From Candidatus Salinivivens marinus (GTDB lineage Bacteria; Pseudomonadota; Alphaproteobacteria; Rhodobacterales; Rhodobacteraceae), in the NCBI GenBank assembly GCA_038142605.1, contig JAYQKI010000007.1, forward strand, positions 10,810 through 74,809: a DNA stretch of 64,000 nt. The letters run 5' to 3'. Shown piece after piece: positions 38,485-49,211 of this stretch; the stretch's first letter is position 1, and each line of letters starts with the position of its first letter. The position numbers and the translations under genes were made by a program. The notes under the pieces were generated by a model. That model had not been told where the DNA came from, did no database searches, and worked only from the letters and a program-made list of their open reading frames with translations.

Positions 38485-38781
38485 ATGCCTGAAGTAACAG
38501 TTGTATACTGGCGCGACATCCCCGCCCAAGTGATCGTTGGCAAGGGTAGACGTGGCTCAAAAATTCAGTTGAGTGAACGGTTTGAACAAGCAATCGATAG
38601 AGCAGCCATGAAGTGTAATCTAAGAGGGTCCGATGATTATTTGGCTGAATGGCACAAGGCAGAGCCTTACCTCATCGAGGGTGCTCCCGACACAGTTGCC
38701 AGAAGTGAGGCAGAACGAATTGAGTCAGAATACAGTCAAGAAAAACTGAAATATCTTATCGAAAACGAAGGCTGGAAGTGA
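38485..38781 (+). CDS. Small conserved protein of unknown function, first gene of the metF-like cluster (possibly the Pfam 'virulence factor' domain family)
   Basis: 98-aa ORF with an AAGGA Shine-Dalgarno 8 nt upstream. It is co-directional with the metF-like gene, which starts 19 nt after it ends. The family assignment is from memory only. Confidence 0.5.
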   Translation: MPEVTVVYWRDIPAQVIVGKGRRGSKIQLSERFEQAIDRAAMKCNLRGSDDYLAEWHKAEPYLIEGAPDTVARSEAERIESEYSQEKLKYLIENEGWK

Positions 38782-38800
38782 TACTTTTCTAGGAGTTAAA

Positions 38801-39715
38801 ATGGCACTTTTAAACTTTAAAAAAACTAAAGACCAACCTGCGCCTATCAAAGACTTCAATGGTCTTATTAACGGGTTTTCTATGGAAATAATGCCTCGAA
38901 CTGCCGAAAAAGTTGAAAGTTTTGCCAATATATTACCCAAGGATACTTTAATTTACATCGCTCATATCGATGGAACTTCAATTGATGATATGGTTAGAAC
39001 CGCGGTAAGGCTGGGAAATGAAGGATTTAAGGTAATGCCACATTTTCCGGCGCGCATAATAAAAGACAAGCCCACTTTATCGGACTGGATAGACCGTTAC
39101 GTATCAGAAGCTGGCGTTAAGCAAGCTCTTCTACTGGCCGGCGGGATCGATACACCAAAGGGCAGCTTTGACTCTTCGATGCAGTTACTTGAAACTGAAC
39201 TGTTCGATAAATATGGTTTCACGGATTTAAATGTCGCAGGCCATCCAGAGGGAAATAAGGATATCGACTCGGACAATACCAATAAAAATGTTGATATGGC
39301 TCTTGAATGGAAGCAAAAGTTTTCAGAACGAACTGACGCTAATATGGGTATCACGACCCAGTTCGCTTTTGACTCAGTCCCAATTTTTGAGTGGGCAAAC
39401 AGAATTAATGCAGCGGGGATAACGTTACCCATAAACGTCGGCGTAGCGGGGCCTGCTAAGTTACAAACGTTAATTAAATTCGCGATAGCATGTGGAGTAG
39501 GTCCATCACTAAAAGTTCTTCAGAAAAGGGCATTGGATCTTAAAAAACTTTTACTTCCTTATGAGCCGACAGAAGTTTTAGATGCATTGGCGACAGGTGT
39601 AGGCAAAAATCCTAATGCAAATATATCCAGTATTCATTTTTTTCCACTAGGCGGCATTAAGACTAATGCCGAGTGGATTTCAAATAACTTAACGAAAAAT
39701 ATTAAGTCTGCTTAA
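38801..39715 (+). CDS. metF: Methylenetetrahydrofolate reductase family protein (MetF-like)
   Basis: 304 aa with a MetF-type TIM-barrel pattern (FSMEIMPRT..., LLLAGG, NVAGHPEG). Confidence 0.75.
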   Translation: MALLNFKKTKDQPAPIKDFNGLINGFSMEIMPRTAEKVESFANILPKDTLIYIAHIDGTSIDDMVRTAVRLGNEGFKVMPHFPARIIKDKPTLSDWIDRYVSEAGVKQALLLAGGIDTPKGSFDSSMQLLETELFDKYGFTDLNVAGHPEGNKDIDSDNTNKNVDMALEWKQKFSERTDANMGITTQFAFDSVPIFEWANRINAAGITLPINVGVAGPAKLQTLIKFAIACGVGPSLKVLQKRALDLKKLLLPYEPTEVLDALATGVGKNPNANISSIHFFPLGGIKTNAEWISNNLTKNIKSA

Positions 39716-39732
39716 TACTTGCGAGGTAAAAG

Positions 39733-40791
39733 ATGGCAAGAACCATAATTGAATCAAAGTCAAAGACTGCAATAATAGGCTTTGATGAACCATTTTGTGT
39801 TATTGGAGAACGTATAAATCCAACAGGTCGAAAAAAATTAGCATCAGAACTCGAAGCCGGAAACTTTACTACGGTGCAAAGTGATGCATTAGCTCAAGTC
39901 GAAGCCGGCGCGAACATTTTAGACATAAATGCAGGAGTTGTATACAACTCGAACCCAAATCCAAACGAGACTGAACCACCGCTTATGGTTGATCTTATAA
40001 ATTTAGTTCAAAATTTAACAGACGTACCACTCTGTATAGACAGCTCTGTGCCTGCAGCATTGGAAGCTGGGTTGGAGGCCGCAGAAGGTAGACCGTTATT
40101 AAATTCTGTTACCGGGGAAGAGGACCGATTAGAATTCGTTCTGCCTCTCGTTAAAAAATATAATGTTCCTGTTGTAGCAATATCCAATGACGACACAGGA
40201 ATTTCAGAAGACCCCGATGTACGATTTATGGTTGCAAAAAAAATAGTTGAAAGAGCAGCAGATTTTAATATACCAGCGCACGATATTGTAGTTGACCCTT
40301 TGGTGATGCCAATTGGCGCAATGGCGACTGCAGGAAACCAGGTGTTTACCTTAGTTCGAAAATTAAGGGAAGAACTTGGAGTTAATACCACATGCGGCGC
40401 TTCAAATATATCTTTTGGTTTGCCAAACAGGCATGGAATTAATAACGCCTTTCTGCCAATGGCAATGGGAGCAGGAATGACGTCTGCAATTATGAACCCA
40501 GTAGCATTACCCGTTTCTACGAAAAAGATTGAAGAAAAAAAGGAAGAGATTCAAAAAGCTGGGATTGTTCTTCCTGTAGACTTAGACCAAGAAACTTTTG
40601 TTAAAATTTTCGGTCTAGGATCAACTAAGAGCAGCGCCGGTAAAGAAATGGAAGCTATACGTGCTGCTAATTTATTAACAGATAATGATCCTCATGGCTC
40701 CTCTTGGATACAATTTAACAAACCTTCATCTTCAAGCAGTCAAGTCTCCGGTCGAGGCGGAAGACGTGGCGGACGTAGGCGAACTGCATAG
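39733..40791 (+). CDS. Stand-alone pterin-binding (methyl-THF:corrinoid methyltransferase / MetH pterin-module-like) protein with an Arg/Gly-rich tail
   Basis: 352 aa. IGERINPTGRKK...AGANILDINAG and GASNISFGLPNR are hallmarks of the MetH/AcsE pterin-binding barrel. The C-terminus is SGRGGRRGGRRRTA. Confidence 0.75.
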   Translation: MARTIIESKSKTAIIGFDEPFCVIGERINPTGRKKLASELEAGNFTTVQSDALAQVEAGANILDINAGVVYNSNPNPNETEPPLMVDLINLVQNLTDVPLCIDSSVPAALEAGLEAAEGRPLLNSVTGEEDRLEFVLPLVKKYNVPVVAISNDDTGISEDPDVRFMVAKKIVERAADFNIPAHDIVVDPLVMPIGAMATAGNQVFTLVRKLREELGVNTTCGASNISFGLPNRHGINNAFLPMAMGAGMTSAIMNPVALPVSTKKIEEKKEEIQKAGIVLPVDLDQETFVKIFGLGSTKSSAGKEMEAIRAANLLTDNDPHGSSWIQFNKPSSSSSQVSGRGGRRGGRRRTA

Positions 40792-40843
40792 TAGAAAATT
40801 AAAAATCATTTTTACATAACTTTACTTGTGTAAGATACTGATA

Positions 40844-42238
40844 TTAATAATGTATTACCCGACTATATGCATCTAAAACGGACTCGTGCATCATTTCAGA
40901 AAGAGTTGGATGTGGAAACACGGCGTGGATCAGATCATCTTCAGTAGTTTCCAGCGCTTGACCAATTACATACCCTTGAATTAGCTCTGTTACCTCAGCG
41001 CCAATCATATGCGCACCTAACAATTCACCAGAACTTGTATCAAATATTGTTTTGATAAAACCCTCTTTTTCCCCTAAAGCGATAGCCTTTCCATTTCCTA
41101 TAAAAGGAAACTTTCCAACATTTATTTTATAACCCGCTTTTTGAGCTTGAGCCTCGGTTAAACCAACCGATGCAATTTGAGGGTAAGAGTAAGTACAACC
41201 CGGAATAGCAATTGGATTTATTGGCTTTACGCTCTGCCCCGCTATTTTTTCCGCCACGAGCACACCCTCATGGCTAGCTTTATGCGCTAACCAAGGAGCG
41301 CCTGTTAGATCACCTATTGCATAGATACCTGACGTAGTTGTTTCACAGTACTCATCGGTAACCACGTGATTGGCCTTCGTTTCCACACCAACTTCTTCTA
41401 ATCCTAGCCCTTCTATATTACCGATTATTCCGACTGCAGAGATTACTGTGTCAAATTCCAACACTTCAGTAACACCGTTACAGTCAATTGACGCTACTAC
41501 TTGGTTCTTTTTCTTTTCTAATTTTTGTACTTTCGCGCCTGTTTTGATGGTCATTCCTTGCTTTGCAAATTGTTCTGCAGCTAACGAAGAAACGTCCTCG
41601 TCTTCAACCGGCAGTATTCTATCAAGAACCTCCACAATCGTCGTGTTGGCACCCAATGTGTTATAAAAACTAGCAAACTCTACACCTATTGCGCCCGACC
41701 CAATAACCAAAAGCTTTTTAGGCATTCTTGACGGAGTTAAAGCATGCTTATAGGTCCAAACAAGGTCTCCATCTGCTTCCATGCCCGGAAGCTCTCGCGC
41801 TCTAGCACCGGTCGCTAGAACAATATTTTTTCCTGTGATTTTTTCGTATTTCCCGTCACTATTAATACTAACATTGGACCTATCCAACAATTTAGCTTCA
41901 CCAGATAACACAGTTACTTTATTTTTTTTTAAAAGATGCCCAACACCCTGATTTAATTGACCTGAGATCTTTCTCGATCTTTCTACTATCTTATTTAAAT
42001 CAAAGCTTATTTTTTCTGCAGATAACCCAAATTCTTTTGCACGTTCTGCCAAGTGATAAACTTCAGCACTCCGCAACATTGCTTTTGTTGGAATGCATCC
42101 CCAATTGAGACAAATACCACCAAGATGTTCTCGCTCGACCACGGCCACATTAAGACCTAACTGAGAAGCTCTAATGGCGGCCACGTACCCTCCAGGCCCA
42201 GCACCCAATACGATCAAATCAAATAAATTAGACGCCAT
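40844..42238 (-). CDS. lpdA: Dihydrolipoyl dehydrogenase
   Basis: LIVLGAGPGGYVAA FAD motif, the redox-active GGICLNWGCIPTK motif and the C-terminal HPTLSE motif. I chose the ATG at 42238. Confidence 0.92.
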   Translation of the reverse strand: MASNLFDLIVLGAGPGGYVAAIRASQLGLNVAVVEREHLGGICLNWGCIPTKAMLRSAEVYHLAERAKEFGLSAEKISFDLNKIVERSRKISGQLNQGVGHLLKKNKVTVLSGEAKLLDRSNVSINSDGKYEKITGKNIVLATGARARELPGMEADGDLVWTYKHALTPSRMPKKLLVIGSGAIGVEFASFYNTLGANTTIVEVLDRILPVEDEDVSSLAAEQFAKQGMTIKTGAKVQKLEKKKNQVVASIDCNGVTEVLEFDTVISAVGIIGNIEGLGLEEVGVETKANHVVTDEYCETTTSGIYAIGDLTGAPWLAHKASHEGVLVAEKIAGQSVKPINPIAIPGCTYSYPQIASVGLTEAQAQKAGYKINVGKFPFIGNGKAIALGEKEGFIKTIFDTSSGELLGAHMIGAEVTELIQGYVIGQALETTEDDLIHAVFPHPTLSEMMHESVLDAYSRVIHY

Positions 42239-42306
42239 AAACACCACCTTCCAAATAAGTTTAGTATTAAACTAACTTTTAAACCAACTCAATGCAGGAG
42301 CTATGC

Positions 42307-42882
42307 TTAAGCGGAATTTGCGAGTTGTGTATAGGTCATACCGTACCCGCCATTTTTCATAAAATCGGCCTCAAGAGCAGTATTCTTTCGATTTAAAGCT
42401 TCATTCCTGGTTGGAAAACGACCAAATTTTCGAATAACTTCACGGTGCGTTTTGGCATGTAAGAGATTATTAATCCCGTCGGCTGGCATCCTTTCATTCA
42501 TTAACCTGATACATCGCTCTTGGTCTTGCAAGCTTTCCGAATGCATAAGGGGAAGGTAGAAAAATTGACGCGCTGGCTCGCTAATAGCAAGATCAAATTT
42601 ATGCGTTATCGCCTGTTTTGCAGCTGCGAGAGCAACACGATCAGATGAAAACGCTTTTGAGGAACCTCTAAACATATTTCTTGAAAATTGGTCTACAACC
42701 AAAATATACGCAAGTGACCCTGATGGAAAGGTTAACCACATTCCAAACTTTCCATCCATTATGGATACCCATGTCGAGTAAAATTCCCGTAAAATTATAC
42801 CGTCTAATTCTTTTGACGCCGCGTACCATTGCTTGGGATTAGTTTCGTCTAACCAAAAACTTAAAATCTTCTCGGGGGTCAT
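42307..42882 (-). CDS. DUF924 family protein
   Basis: ILSFWL...WY, DQFSRNMFRG and FGRFP.RN motifs are typical of DUF924. The start could alternatively be 42918. Confidence 0.7.
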   Translation of the reverse strand: MTPEKILSFWLDETNPKQWYAASKELDGIILREFYSTWVSIMDGKFGMWLTFPSGSLAYILVVDQFSRNMFRGSSKAFSSDRVALAAAKQAITHKFDLAISEPARQFFYLPLMHSESLQDQERCIRLMNERMPADGINNLLHAKTHREVIRKFGRFPTRNEALNRKNTALEADFMKNGGYGMTYTQLANSA

Positions 42883-42987
42883 TTTAAAGATGCTCCCATA
42901 TTTTATTATACTGCTCATTTCTATTGTTAAAGTGATGCGTTTTTATAGCAATACAGACAAGAAACAAATGTTAAAACTCAGTGTGAT

Positions 42988-44244
42988 TTATGCATCACTT
43001 TTTTCATCGTCTTCATTAGCAATCTCGAAAGCATATTCTTGAGCTATTTCCACTGCAACACCTGTTGAGTTCGGCAAAACTGCAGCATAAACGGATGTAT
43101 CACTCACAGTCGCCCGTTGCGTCATTCTATAACCCGCATATGCAGCCAAAGTGCTCATTAACAAAAATATAATAACAAAAAAGATTTCAGGCCCAAAAGC
43201 GTTCATAGCATAACCTATTATAAGAGGCCCAGAAATTGCTCCAATCCCATTAACAAACAATAAACCAGCGGCAGCTGAAGCCATATCTTCGTACTCAATA
43301 AAATCATTTGCATGGGCAATAATTAAAGAATAAAGCGGATTTGATAGCCCACCTACTAAAAATGCCGCAAATACCAATGCAAAAAAATAATCTCCCGCAA
43401 AATAAGCAAACACAGATCCGCCTGCGGACGAAGCAGAGATTAGCAAGATCAACAATCTTCTATCCATTCTATCCGACATCCATCCGATCGGATATTGGAA
43501 GATCATCGCTCCAATGTAAAAAGCTGCAACAAATAAAGAGATTTTAGATAAAGATAAGCCTATTTGGGAACCAAATACAGCAGACATGCCAAATTGCGCC
43601 GAAAATACACCTCCCAGTAAGAACATACCTACGCAGCCCAATGGCGAGCTTCTGAATAGCTGCGCAAGGCTCATAGGTTTTGTGCGCTCAAAAGCAGGAG
43701 TGGGACTTACGGATAACAAAATTGGTGCAAAAGAGATAGATACAAGTATAGAAATAATAATGAACAAACTGTAACCATTTGGATTTCCAACTGCCAACAC
43801 ACCCTGTGCAGAAACAATTCCGATCATTTGCACTATCATATATAGAGATAAAGCTTGTCCCCGCTTATCGTTATTAACGGAGTTATTTAACCAACTCTCA
43901 GCAGTAATGTAGACGCCACAATAGCAGAAACCAATAACGATCCGACCCAATGACCAAAAAATAGGATTTGCCAGAAGCGGATACGCTATCAAAACTGCAG
44001 AAATAAATGATGCAAGCGCTGCAAAAACGCGAACGTGGCCGACACGTCGGATTAATTCTGGAACAAGACGGCTGGCTCCTAAAAAACCTACAAAATAAGC
44101 AGACATCACGACTGACAATTCAATAGTACTAAAGCCCTCTAATTCACCTCTGATCCCAATCAAGGTTCCTTGCAAACCATTTCCGACCATCAACAACATC
44201 ATGCCGAGCATAAGCGCCCATGTATTTCCTAAGACGATAAACAT
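42988..44244 (-). CDS. MFS transporter (substrate unknown)
   Basis: 418 aa with about 12 TM helices and an acidic C-terminal tail. Confidence 0.8.
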   Translation of the reverse strand: MFIVLGNTWALMLGMMLLMVGNGLQGTLIGIRGELEGFSTIELSVVMSAYFVGFLGASRLVPELIRRVGHVRVFAALASFISAVLIAYPLLANPIFWSLGRIVIGFCYCGVYITAESWLNNSVNNDKRGQALSLYMIVQMIGIVSAQGVLAVGNPNGYSLFIIISILVSISFAPILLSVSPTPAFERTKPMSLAQLFRSSPLGCVGMFLLGGVFSAQFGMSAVFGSQIGLSLSKISLFVAAFYIGAMIFQYPIGWMSDRMDRRLLILLISASSAGGSVFAYFAGDYFFALVFAAFLVGGLSNPLYSLIIAHANDFIEYEDMASAAAGLLFVNGIGAISGPLIIGYAMNAFGPEIFFVIIFLLMSTLAAYAGYRMTQRATVSDTSVYAAVLPNSTGVAVEIAQEYAFEIANEDDEKSDA

Positions 44245-44287
44245 GAATCAGACCTCTAAAATTTAAGCAATTTTAAAGCGTGTTTTA

Positions 44288-45346
44288 CTAAAGTTTCTTC
44301 AACAAAAGCGACGCATCACCGTATGAAAAAAATCTATATTTTTTTTGTAGAGCATGTGCATAGATTTTCTTTATACGGTCAGTTCCCATTAACGCCGACA
44401 CTAGCATTAGTAAAGTAGATTTTGGCAGATGAAAATTCGTCATAAGACCGTCAGCTACTTTGAAGTTAAATCCTGGATAAATGAATATATCTGTTTGACC
44501 GCTCCACGCATTAACGAAACCATCATCTTGAGCTGCTGACTCAATCAATCTTAGAGCCGTCGTTCCTACTGGTATCACGCGATTCCCGCTCGATTTGGTT
44601 TCGTTTATTTCTGTAGCTGCAGTTTCCGAGATATAGCCAATCTCTGGATGCATTTGGTGTTCACTAATATCATCAACCTTTACAGGCAAAAAAGTCCCTG
44701 CACCAACATGCAGCGTGACAAACGTGATGGTAACGCCTAACCTTTTAAGCTTAGTTATTAATTCATTATCAAAATGCAGTGAAGCAGTTGGCGCTGCTAC
44801 CGACCCAGGTTCTTTTGCCCATATCGTTTGATAGTCGACTACGTCCCTTAAGTCCGCCGATCGTTTTTTTTCGATGTAAGGAGGTAATGGCATTGAGCCA
44901 ATAGCATATAAACTTTCATCTAATTCTTGGCCACTTTTGTTAAAACAAAGAGTAGCAGTACCGTTAGATTTATGAGTAATTTTTGCATTCAAGCCTAACC
45001 CAAGATCTATGATTTCGCCAAGATCGAGTTTTCGTAAAGGTTTTACAAGAGCGACCCATGTATCTTTAGCGATACGTTCGATCAAATTTATTGCTATTTT
45101 GGCTGTTACAATATTTTTTGGACTAATCGTTCTGATACGTGTGCCAGACAGACGCGCTGGTATGACCTTGGTATTATTCAGAACTAACCTATCTCCCGGT
45201 CGCAGCAAGTTTACCAAATCACTAACTATTAAATCATCAATAGTATTATCTGTTGCTACGAGTAGTCGTGCTGACACCCTGGGGGTTTTGGGCCTAAGTG
45301 CAATTAAATCTGTAGGAAGTTCAAAGTCAAAATCTTCAAGCTTCAT
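44288..45346 (-). CDS. queA: S-adenosylmethionine:tRNA ribosyltransferase-isomerase
   Basis: 352 aa with DFDFELP..LIA..P, LPPYI, VAAPTA.LHF and the YRFFSYGDA motifs. Confidence 0.95.
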   Translation of the reverse strand: MKLEDFDFELPTDLIALRPKTPRVSARLLVATDNTIDDLIVSDLVNLLRPGDRLVLNNTKVIPARLSGTRIRTISPKNIVTAKIAINLIERIAKDTWVALVKPLRKLDLGEIIDLGLGLNAKITHKSNGTATLCFNKSGQELDESLYAIGSMPLPPYIEKKRSADLRDVVDYQTIWAKEPGSVAAPTASLHFDNELITKLKRLGVTITFVTLHVGAGTFLPVKVDDISEHQMHPEIGYISETAATEINETKSSGNRVIPVGTTALRLIESAAQDDGFVNAWSGQTDIFIYPGFNFKVADGLMTNFHLPKSTLLMLVSALMGTDRIKKIYAHALQKKYRFFSYGDASLLLKKL

Positions 45347-48300
45347 TTATCTAACTCAACCTTTGGTGGCGGCCTTCTGAAAATTTCCCGAAACATTCCA
45401 GGTGTCAGTACAGAAAATGGATTTACGAGAACCTTTGGTGAATCTGGATCACCCCAAAGATCAAAATTAAAACCGATTAGGCCCTCTCCTTTTCGAGTTA
45501 AAACGGAACCAATCGCATTAATTGCATAAACAGGAGAAAAAACACCTTGAAAATCCAATAATCGATCATCTCTATCCAAATACCCATCTAGTGAAATACC
45601 GAGTGACGGACCGAAAAAGCTCGCACGATCAATGATGTATTGATCATCATCAAGTCTAAAATTAATATCGCTTTCAGTCAGAAAAAGCCCTTGTCCTAGC
45701 ATTTGCTCAAGCAATCCAATTATCGAAAGAGCTTGTAGTAATTTAGCTAGAGCTGGTAAATCATAAATCTTCAGATCTTCTGTTAATAACCTTCCTTCAA
45801 TTTTTTCGTTATTACGATCAATTTTTAATTTAAGAGAACCTTCAGCACCCCTCTTTATAATTCCAGCTGCTTGTAAGAAAGCCCCGGCATTATTCGATAA
45901 TATTTCAGTAGAGCTATTTTCAAGTTTGGAATTAAACGTACCAGTGACAGGATCAATGCCCATAAATAAACCATTAAAATTTCCATTAATCGTGTCTGAT
46001 ACAAAGCTTGTTGAAAAATTATCAATGTAAAAAGAGTCTGTGATATCAAGCCTATCCAACTTTACAAAAATCGGAGTGCTAAATTTACTTTTCCCATTTG
46101 AATCAATAACTTTTAGATAGTTTGCAATGTTAACTTCACCACCTGTGATTTCCAATCCATTTTGGGATATAGCACCAGAAATATCCAAGATATCTTCTCT
46201 GACCAACCGCTCTATAATAAATTTCTCATTATTGTTGATCCTCAAATCTACCTCTAAACCCTCTCCTGACATAGTTAGTTTGTCATATTTTATTCGATCA
46301 CTGATATGTCCAAGCACTTCCAAATTAGCCAAGGAAGTCTCATTTTTCTTCCATCCAAGTTCCGGAATTCTTATTTCAAGGCCTTTTAGGTTTGACGTTA
46401 ATCGGAATGTTGCGTCTTTATTTCTCGGAAGGTCTAAAGTGAAAAATGCTGCGGAACTGCCAGAAAACCACTCCTTTCCGGGGCCCATTCCAAAGTTTTT
46501 TAATATAGGCTCTGATATTAATATTTTTCCATCAATACGGGGAGTGATATTGAGACCTTCTTTTCCAAATCCAGAAATATATTTCAAATCAACTGGAATA
46601 TCCCCAACGAGTATTGGCCCATTTAATTGCAAGCGACCCTCATTTATTTCTAATGAAAGCCTTGCTGCTTCAAGATCATAAGGAAATGTTTTCTCACTAA
46701 TCTTGATATCTTCAATAGTACCAAACAATTTATATGTAATTTCTTGAGGCTTTATCTCCCTTTTAAGTGGTAGATTTAGAATTCCCTTTAGTTTAGCACC
46801 TCCTTGAATACTATTTGGCACCTCAAAACCATTATTTTTTTCCAAATTAGACAATGAAATCAGAGCGGATAGAGGACCGACTGAATTTAAATTAATTTGG
46901 GCAGGATATGGTTTAATATCTGTATTATTTACAACCAAATTTGATCCAGAAAGATTTAACCGGTTAGCTTGATCACCAACATAGCCATTTGTTAAACTCA
47001 CAGAAAATCTTTTGTCATAGAATGAGTAATTTCCAGCTGCATTCTCCAATTGAGGAAAGCCATTCATTAAATTTATTGTTGCATTAGAAAAAGAATAACC
47101 CATTACAACTCTTGGTTTAATGTTGCTTCCAAAAGTTACCGAAGCGTAGAGATCATTTAAATTTGCACCAAAAACATTTTTCTCCAGCCAAATGCGCCCA
47201 TTCTTTTTATATTCAGGAGGCCAATAAGCTATGATATCGTCTTTTGATGCTTGATTACTTTCTAGATCTGACGAAACCTCCCAACCACCTTTTCCTGAAA
47301 TAATTTGTCCCTTTGCGAAGATAACCAACTCTCTCAATGGATCCCGCGCGGATAGTTTCAAGATTTCTAAATTGAAAGGCTTAGGCTCCAGCAGAAAGTC
47401 AATAACGACATCTTCTAATTCGAGTGCGCGCTCATATATTTCAAGCGGGTTGGCTTTTAGTTCATTTGCCGTAAGAGTGCCGGTGTAATAAGTCCTTTCA
47501 TTCTCATCAACCTTTAGCTGGACTGATCCTGCTAAGATCGTCTGCAGGTCAGCACTGTTTATGGTTATTTCCTCAAAATTAAGAAGATTAATTTTTCTGT
47601 TGTATGAAAAATAGACATTCGCATTATCGAAACGCAAAGGTTTACTTTTATCATCGGCTCGTATGACCCCTGAACCAATCTTTAGTGAAGCATTAATTTC
47701 ATCGACTTCCATCTCAGAACCGACCTTTGTTCTAAAGGCACCCGAAATTGGTGCCTCAACAACATTCAACCAAGACAGAGCTGGGGCTTGTGCGGCAATT
47801 TCTTTAGATGGGAAACCCTCAAATAATATTCCAACGCTTCCATCTCCCGACTTTAGATTTGTTTCATAGTTAACTTGAAGCATTGAAATGTCAGCTCCAC
47901 CCATTAAAAATGCAGCGTCTCCACGCACAAATACATCGTCAAGCTGTTTATTTAATTCTATCCTAGCACCGTCGATAACCCAAAGCTTCGACTCTTTTTG
48001 ATCATCATACTGCACAGTCATGGAAGTGACTGTAAAATTCTCTAAATCCAAGAAAGCTTCTCTTTCAAAAAATTTCCTCAGGCCCATGGATGCCGGGGAA
48101 AAAACATCAACTTCACTGGTGAGAAGACTATTTTGCCCAAATTTTATGGAATAATCCCCGGTAATATCTCTGCTTACACCAATGGTTAAACCATCAAGCA
48201 AAATGGTACTTAAATTAAAGTTGCCAGTAGATATCTGTCTCAGAGACGCACCCAACTCAAGTTTAGATATCTCTAGGAATGGAAGACTATTTAAATTATC

Positions 48301-48588
48301 ATAAATCGTCACATCAGAGACAATAATTTTGGGATTAAAATTTTCACTTAACGCAATCTGAACGCGTCCAAATTCAAACTGACTCTCAAAATCTAAATTT
48401 TCAATCTTTTCAGTTATATAATTTTTCAGGAATTTCGGTGCATCCACAGCTCTAACTGATAAAGTAAACAGCATCATTATAACTGCCACTGCAGCAGAAC
48501 TAATAGTAATCGAAAAAACTGTGAGAAAAGTCCGAATTATAGAATTATCAAAAAACGTTCTAAAAAATATTTTAAGTAGCGTTTGCAA
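45343..48588 (-). CDS. Large AsmA-like / YhdP-DUF3971 family envelope protein with an N-terminal membrane anchor
   Basis: 1081 aa with one N-terminal TM helix and long predicted beta-rich repeats. The C-terminal end resembles the AsmA-like C-terminal region. The assignment is from general pattern only. Confidence 0.6.
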   Translation of the reverse strand: MQTLLKIFFRTFFDNSIIRTFLTVFSITISSAAVAVIMMLFTLSVRAVDAPKFLKNYITEKIENLDFESQFEFGRVQIALSENFNPKIIVSDVTIYDNLNSLPFLEISKLELGASLRQISTGNFNLSTILLDGLTIGVSRDITGDYSIKFGQNSLLTSEVDVFSPASMGLRKFFEREAFLDLENFTVTSMTVQYDDQKESKLWVIDGARIELNKQLDDVFVRGDAAFLMGGADISMLQVNYETNLKSGDGSVGILFEGFPSKEIAAQAPALSWLNVVEAPISGAFRTKVGSEMEVDEINASLKIGSGVIRADDKSKPLRFDNANVYFSYNRKINLLNFEEITINSADLQTILAGSVQLKVDENERTYYTGTLTANELKANPLEIYERALELEDVVIDFLLEPKPFNLEILKLSARDPLRELVIFAKGQIISGKGGWEVSSDLESNQASKDDIIAYWPPEYKKNGRIWLEKNVFGANLNDLYASVTFGSNIKPRVVMGYSFSNATINLMNGFPQLENAAGNYSFYDKRFSVSLTNGYVGDQANRLNLSGSNLVVNNTDIKPYPAQINLNSVGPLSALISLSNLEKNNGFEVPNSIQGGAKLKGILNLPLKREIKPQEITYKLFGTIEDIKISEKTFPYDLEAARLSLEINEGRLQLNGPILVGDIPVDLKYISGFGKEGLNITPRIDGKILISEPILKNFGMGPGKEWFSGSSAAFFTLDLPRNKDATFRLTSNLKGLEIRIPELGWKKNETSLANLEVLGHISDRIKYDKLTMSGEGLEVDLRINNNEKFIIERLVREDILDISGAISQNGLEITGGEVNIANYLKVIDSNGKSKFSTPIFVKLDRLDITDSFYIDNFSTSFVSDTINGNFNGLFMGIDPVTGTFNSKLENSSTEILSNNAGAFLQAAGIIKRGAEGSLKLKIDRNNEKIEGRLLTEDLKIYDLPALAKLLQALSIIGLLEQMLGQGLFLTESDINFRLDDDQYIIDRASFFGPSLGISLDGYLDRDDRLLDFQGVFSPVYAINAIGSVLTRKGEGLIGFNFDLWGDPDSPKVLVNPFSVLTPGMFREIFRRPPPKVELDK

Positions 48589-48666
48589 TATCTATTCTTT
48601 CCTTTAACTCTCAATTACCCGCACTAACTTCTGTATCTAGTTGCGACTATTTTAGAAAGTAAAAAT

Positions 48667-49128
48667 ATGATGAATGTTCCTTATAGCTCACCAGACGTAT
48701 CACTTCCTCGAGATGGAGGCGAAATGTTAAACTTAAACGAATTACGACCAAAAAATGTGGTCTTATTTTTTTATCCGAGGGATGCAACACCATCATGTAC
48801 TAAAGAGGCAATTGCCTTTTCTCAAGCAAAAGAAGATTTCGAAAAACTTAATACCGTCATAATTGGAATTTCAAAAGATGATATAAAAAGCCATGAGAAG
48901 TTTATTTTAAAAAATGATCTTAAAATACCTCTACTTTCCGATGATAGAGCTGAAATTTGCGAGGCTTTCGACGTTTGGAAAGAAAAATCTATGTACGGTA
49001 AGACTTACATGGGAATTGAACGCTCCACCTTTTTAATAGATGGGAACGGCACTGTGGTAAAAGAATGGCGAAAAGTAAGAATTAAAGATCATGTTACAGA
49101 TGTGCTCAATGCAGTGAAGAACTTGTAA
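48667..49128 (+). CDS. bcp: Thioredoxin-dependent peroxiredoxin Bcp
   Basis: 153 aa with the FFYPRDATPSCTKE peroxidatic-Cys motif. Confidence 0.85.
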   Translation: MMNVPYSSPDVSLPRDGGEMLNLNELRPKNVVLFFYPRDATPSCTKEAIAFSQAKEDFEKLNTVIIGISKDDIKSHEKFILKNDLKIPLLSDDRAEICEAFDVWKEKSMYGKTYMGIERSTFLIDGNGTVVKEWRKVRIKDHVTDVLNAVKNL

Positions 49129-49211
49129 AGTTTTGTGTTTACTCGTAACTTTTGTTTCTAAGCATTTTAGTTTACATAAAGCTTATTGAGTAAAATATAT
49201 CAACAAAGTCT

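Noticed and set aside
46127-46681. 184-aa plus-strand ORF inside the AsmA-like gene. Similar antisense ORFs occur in trkH (16095-16487), ntrY (20373-20711), metF (39097-39432) and the pterin-binding gene (40008-40391).
   Set aside because: All lie fully inside well-supported genes on the opposite strand. They have Ser/Pro/Ile-rich shadow-frame composition and no start context.
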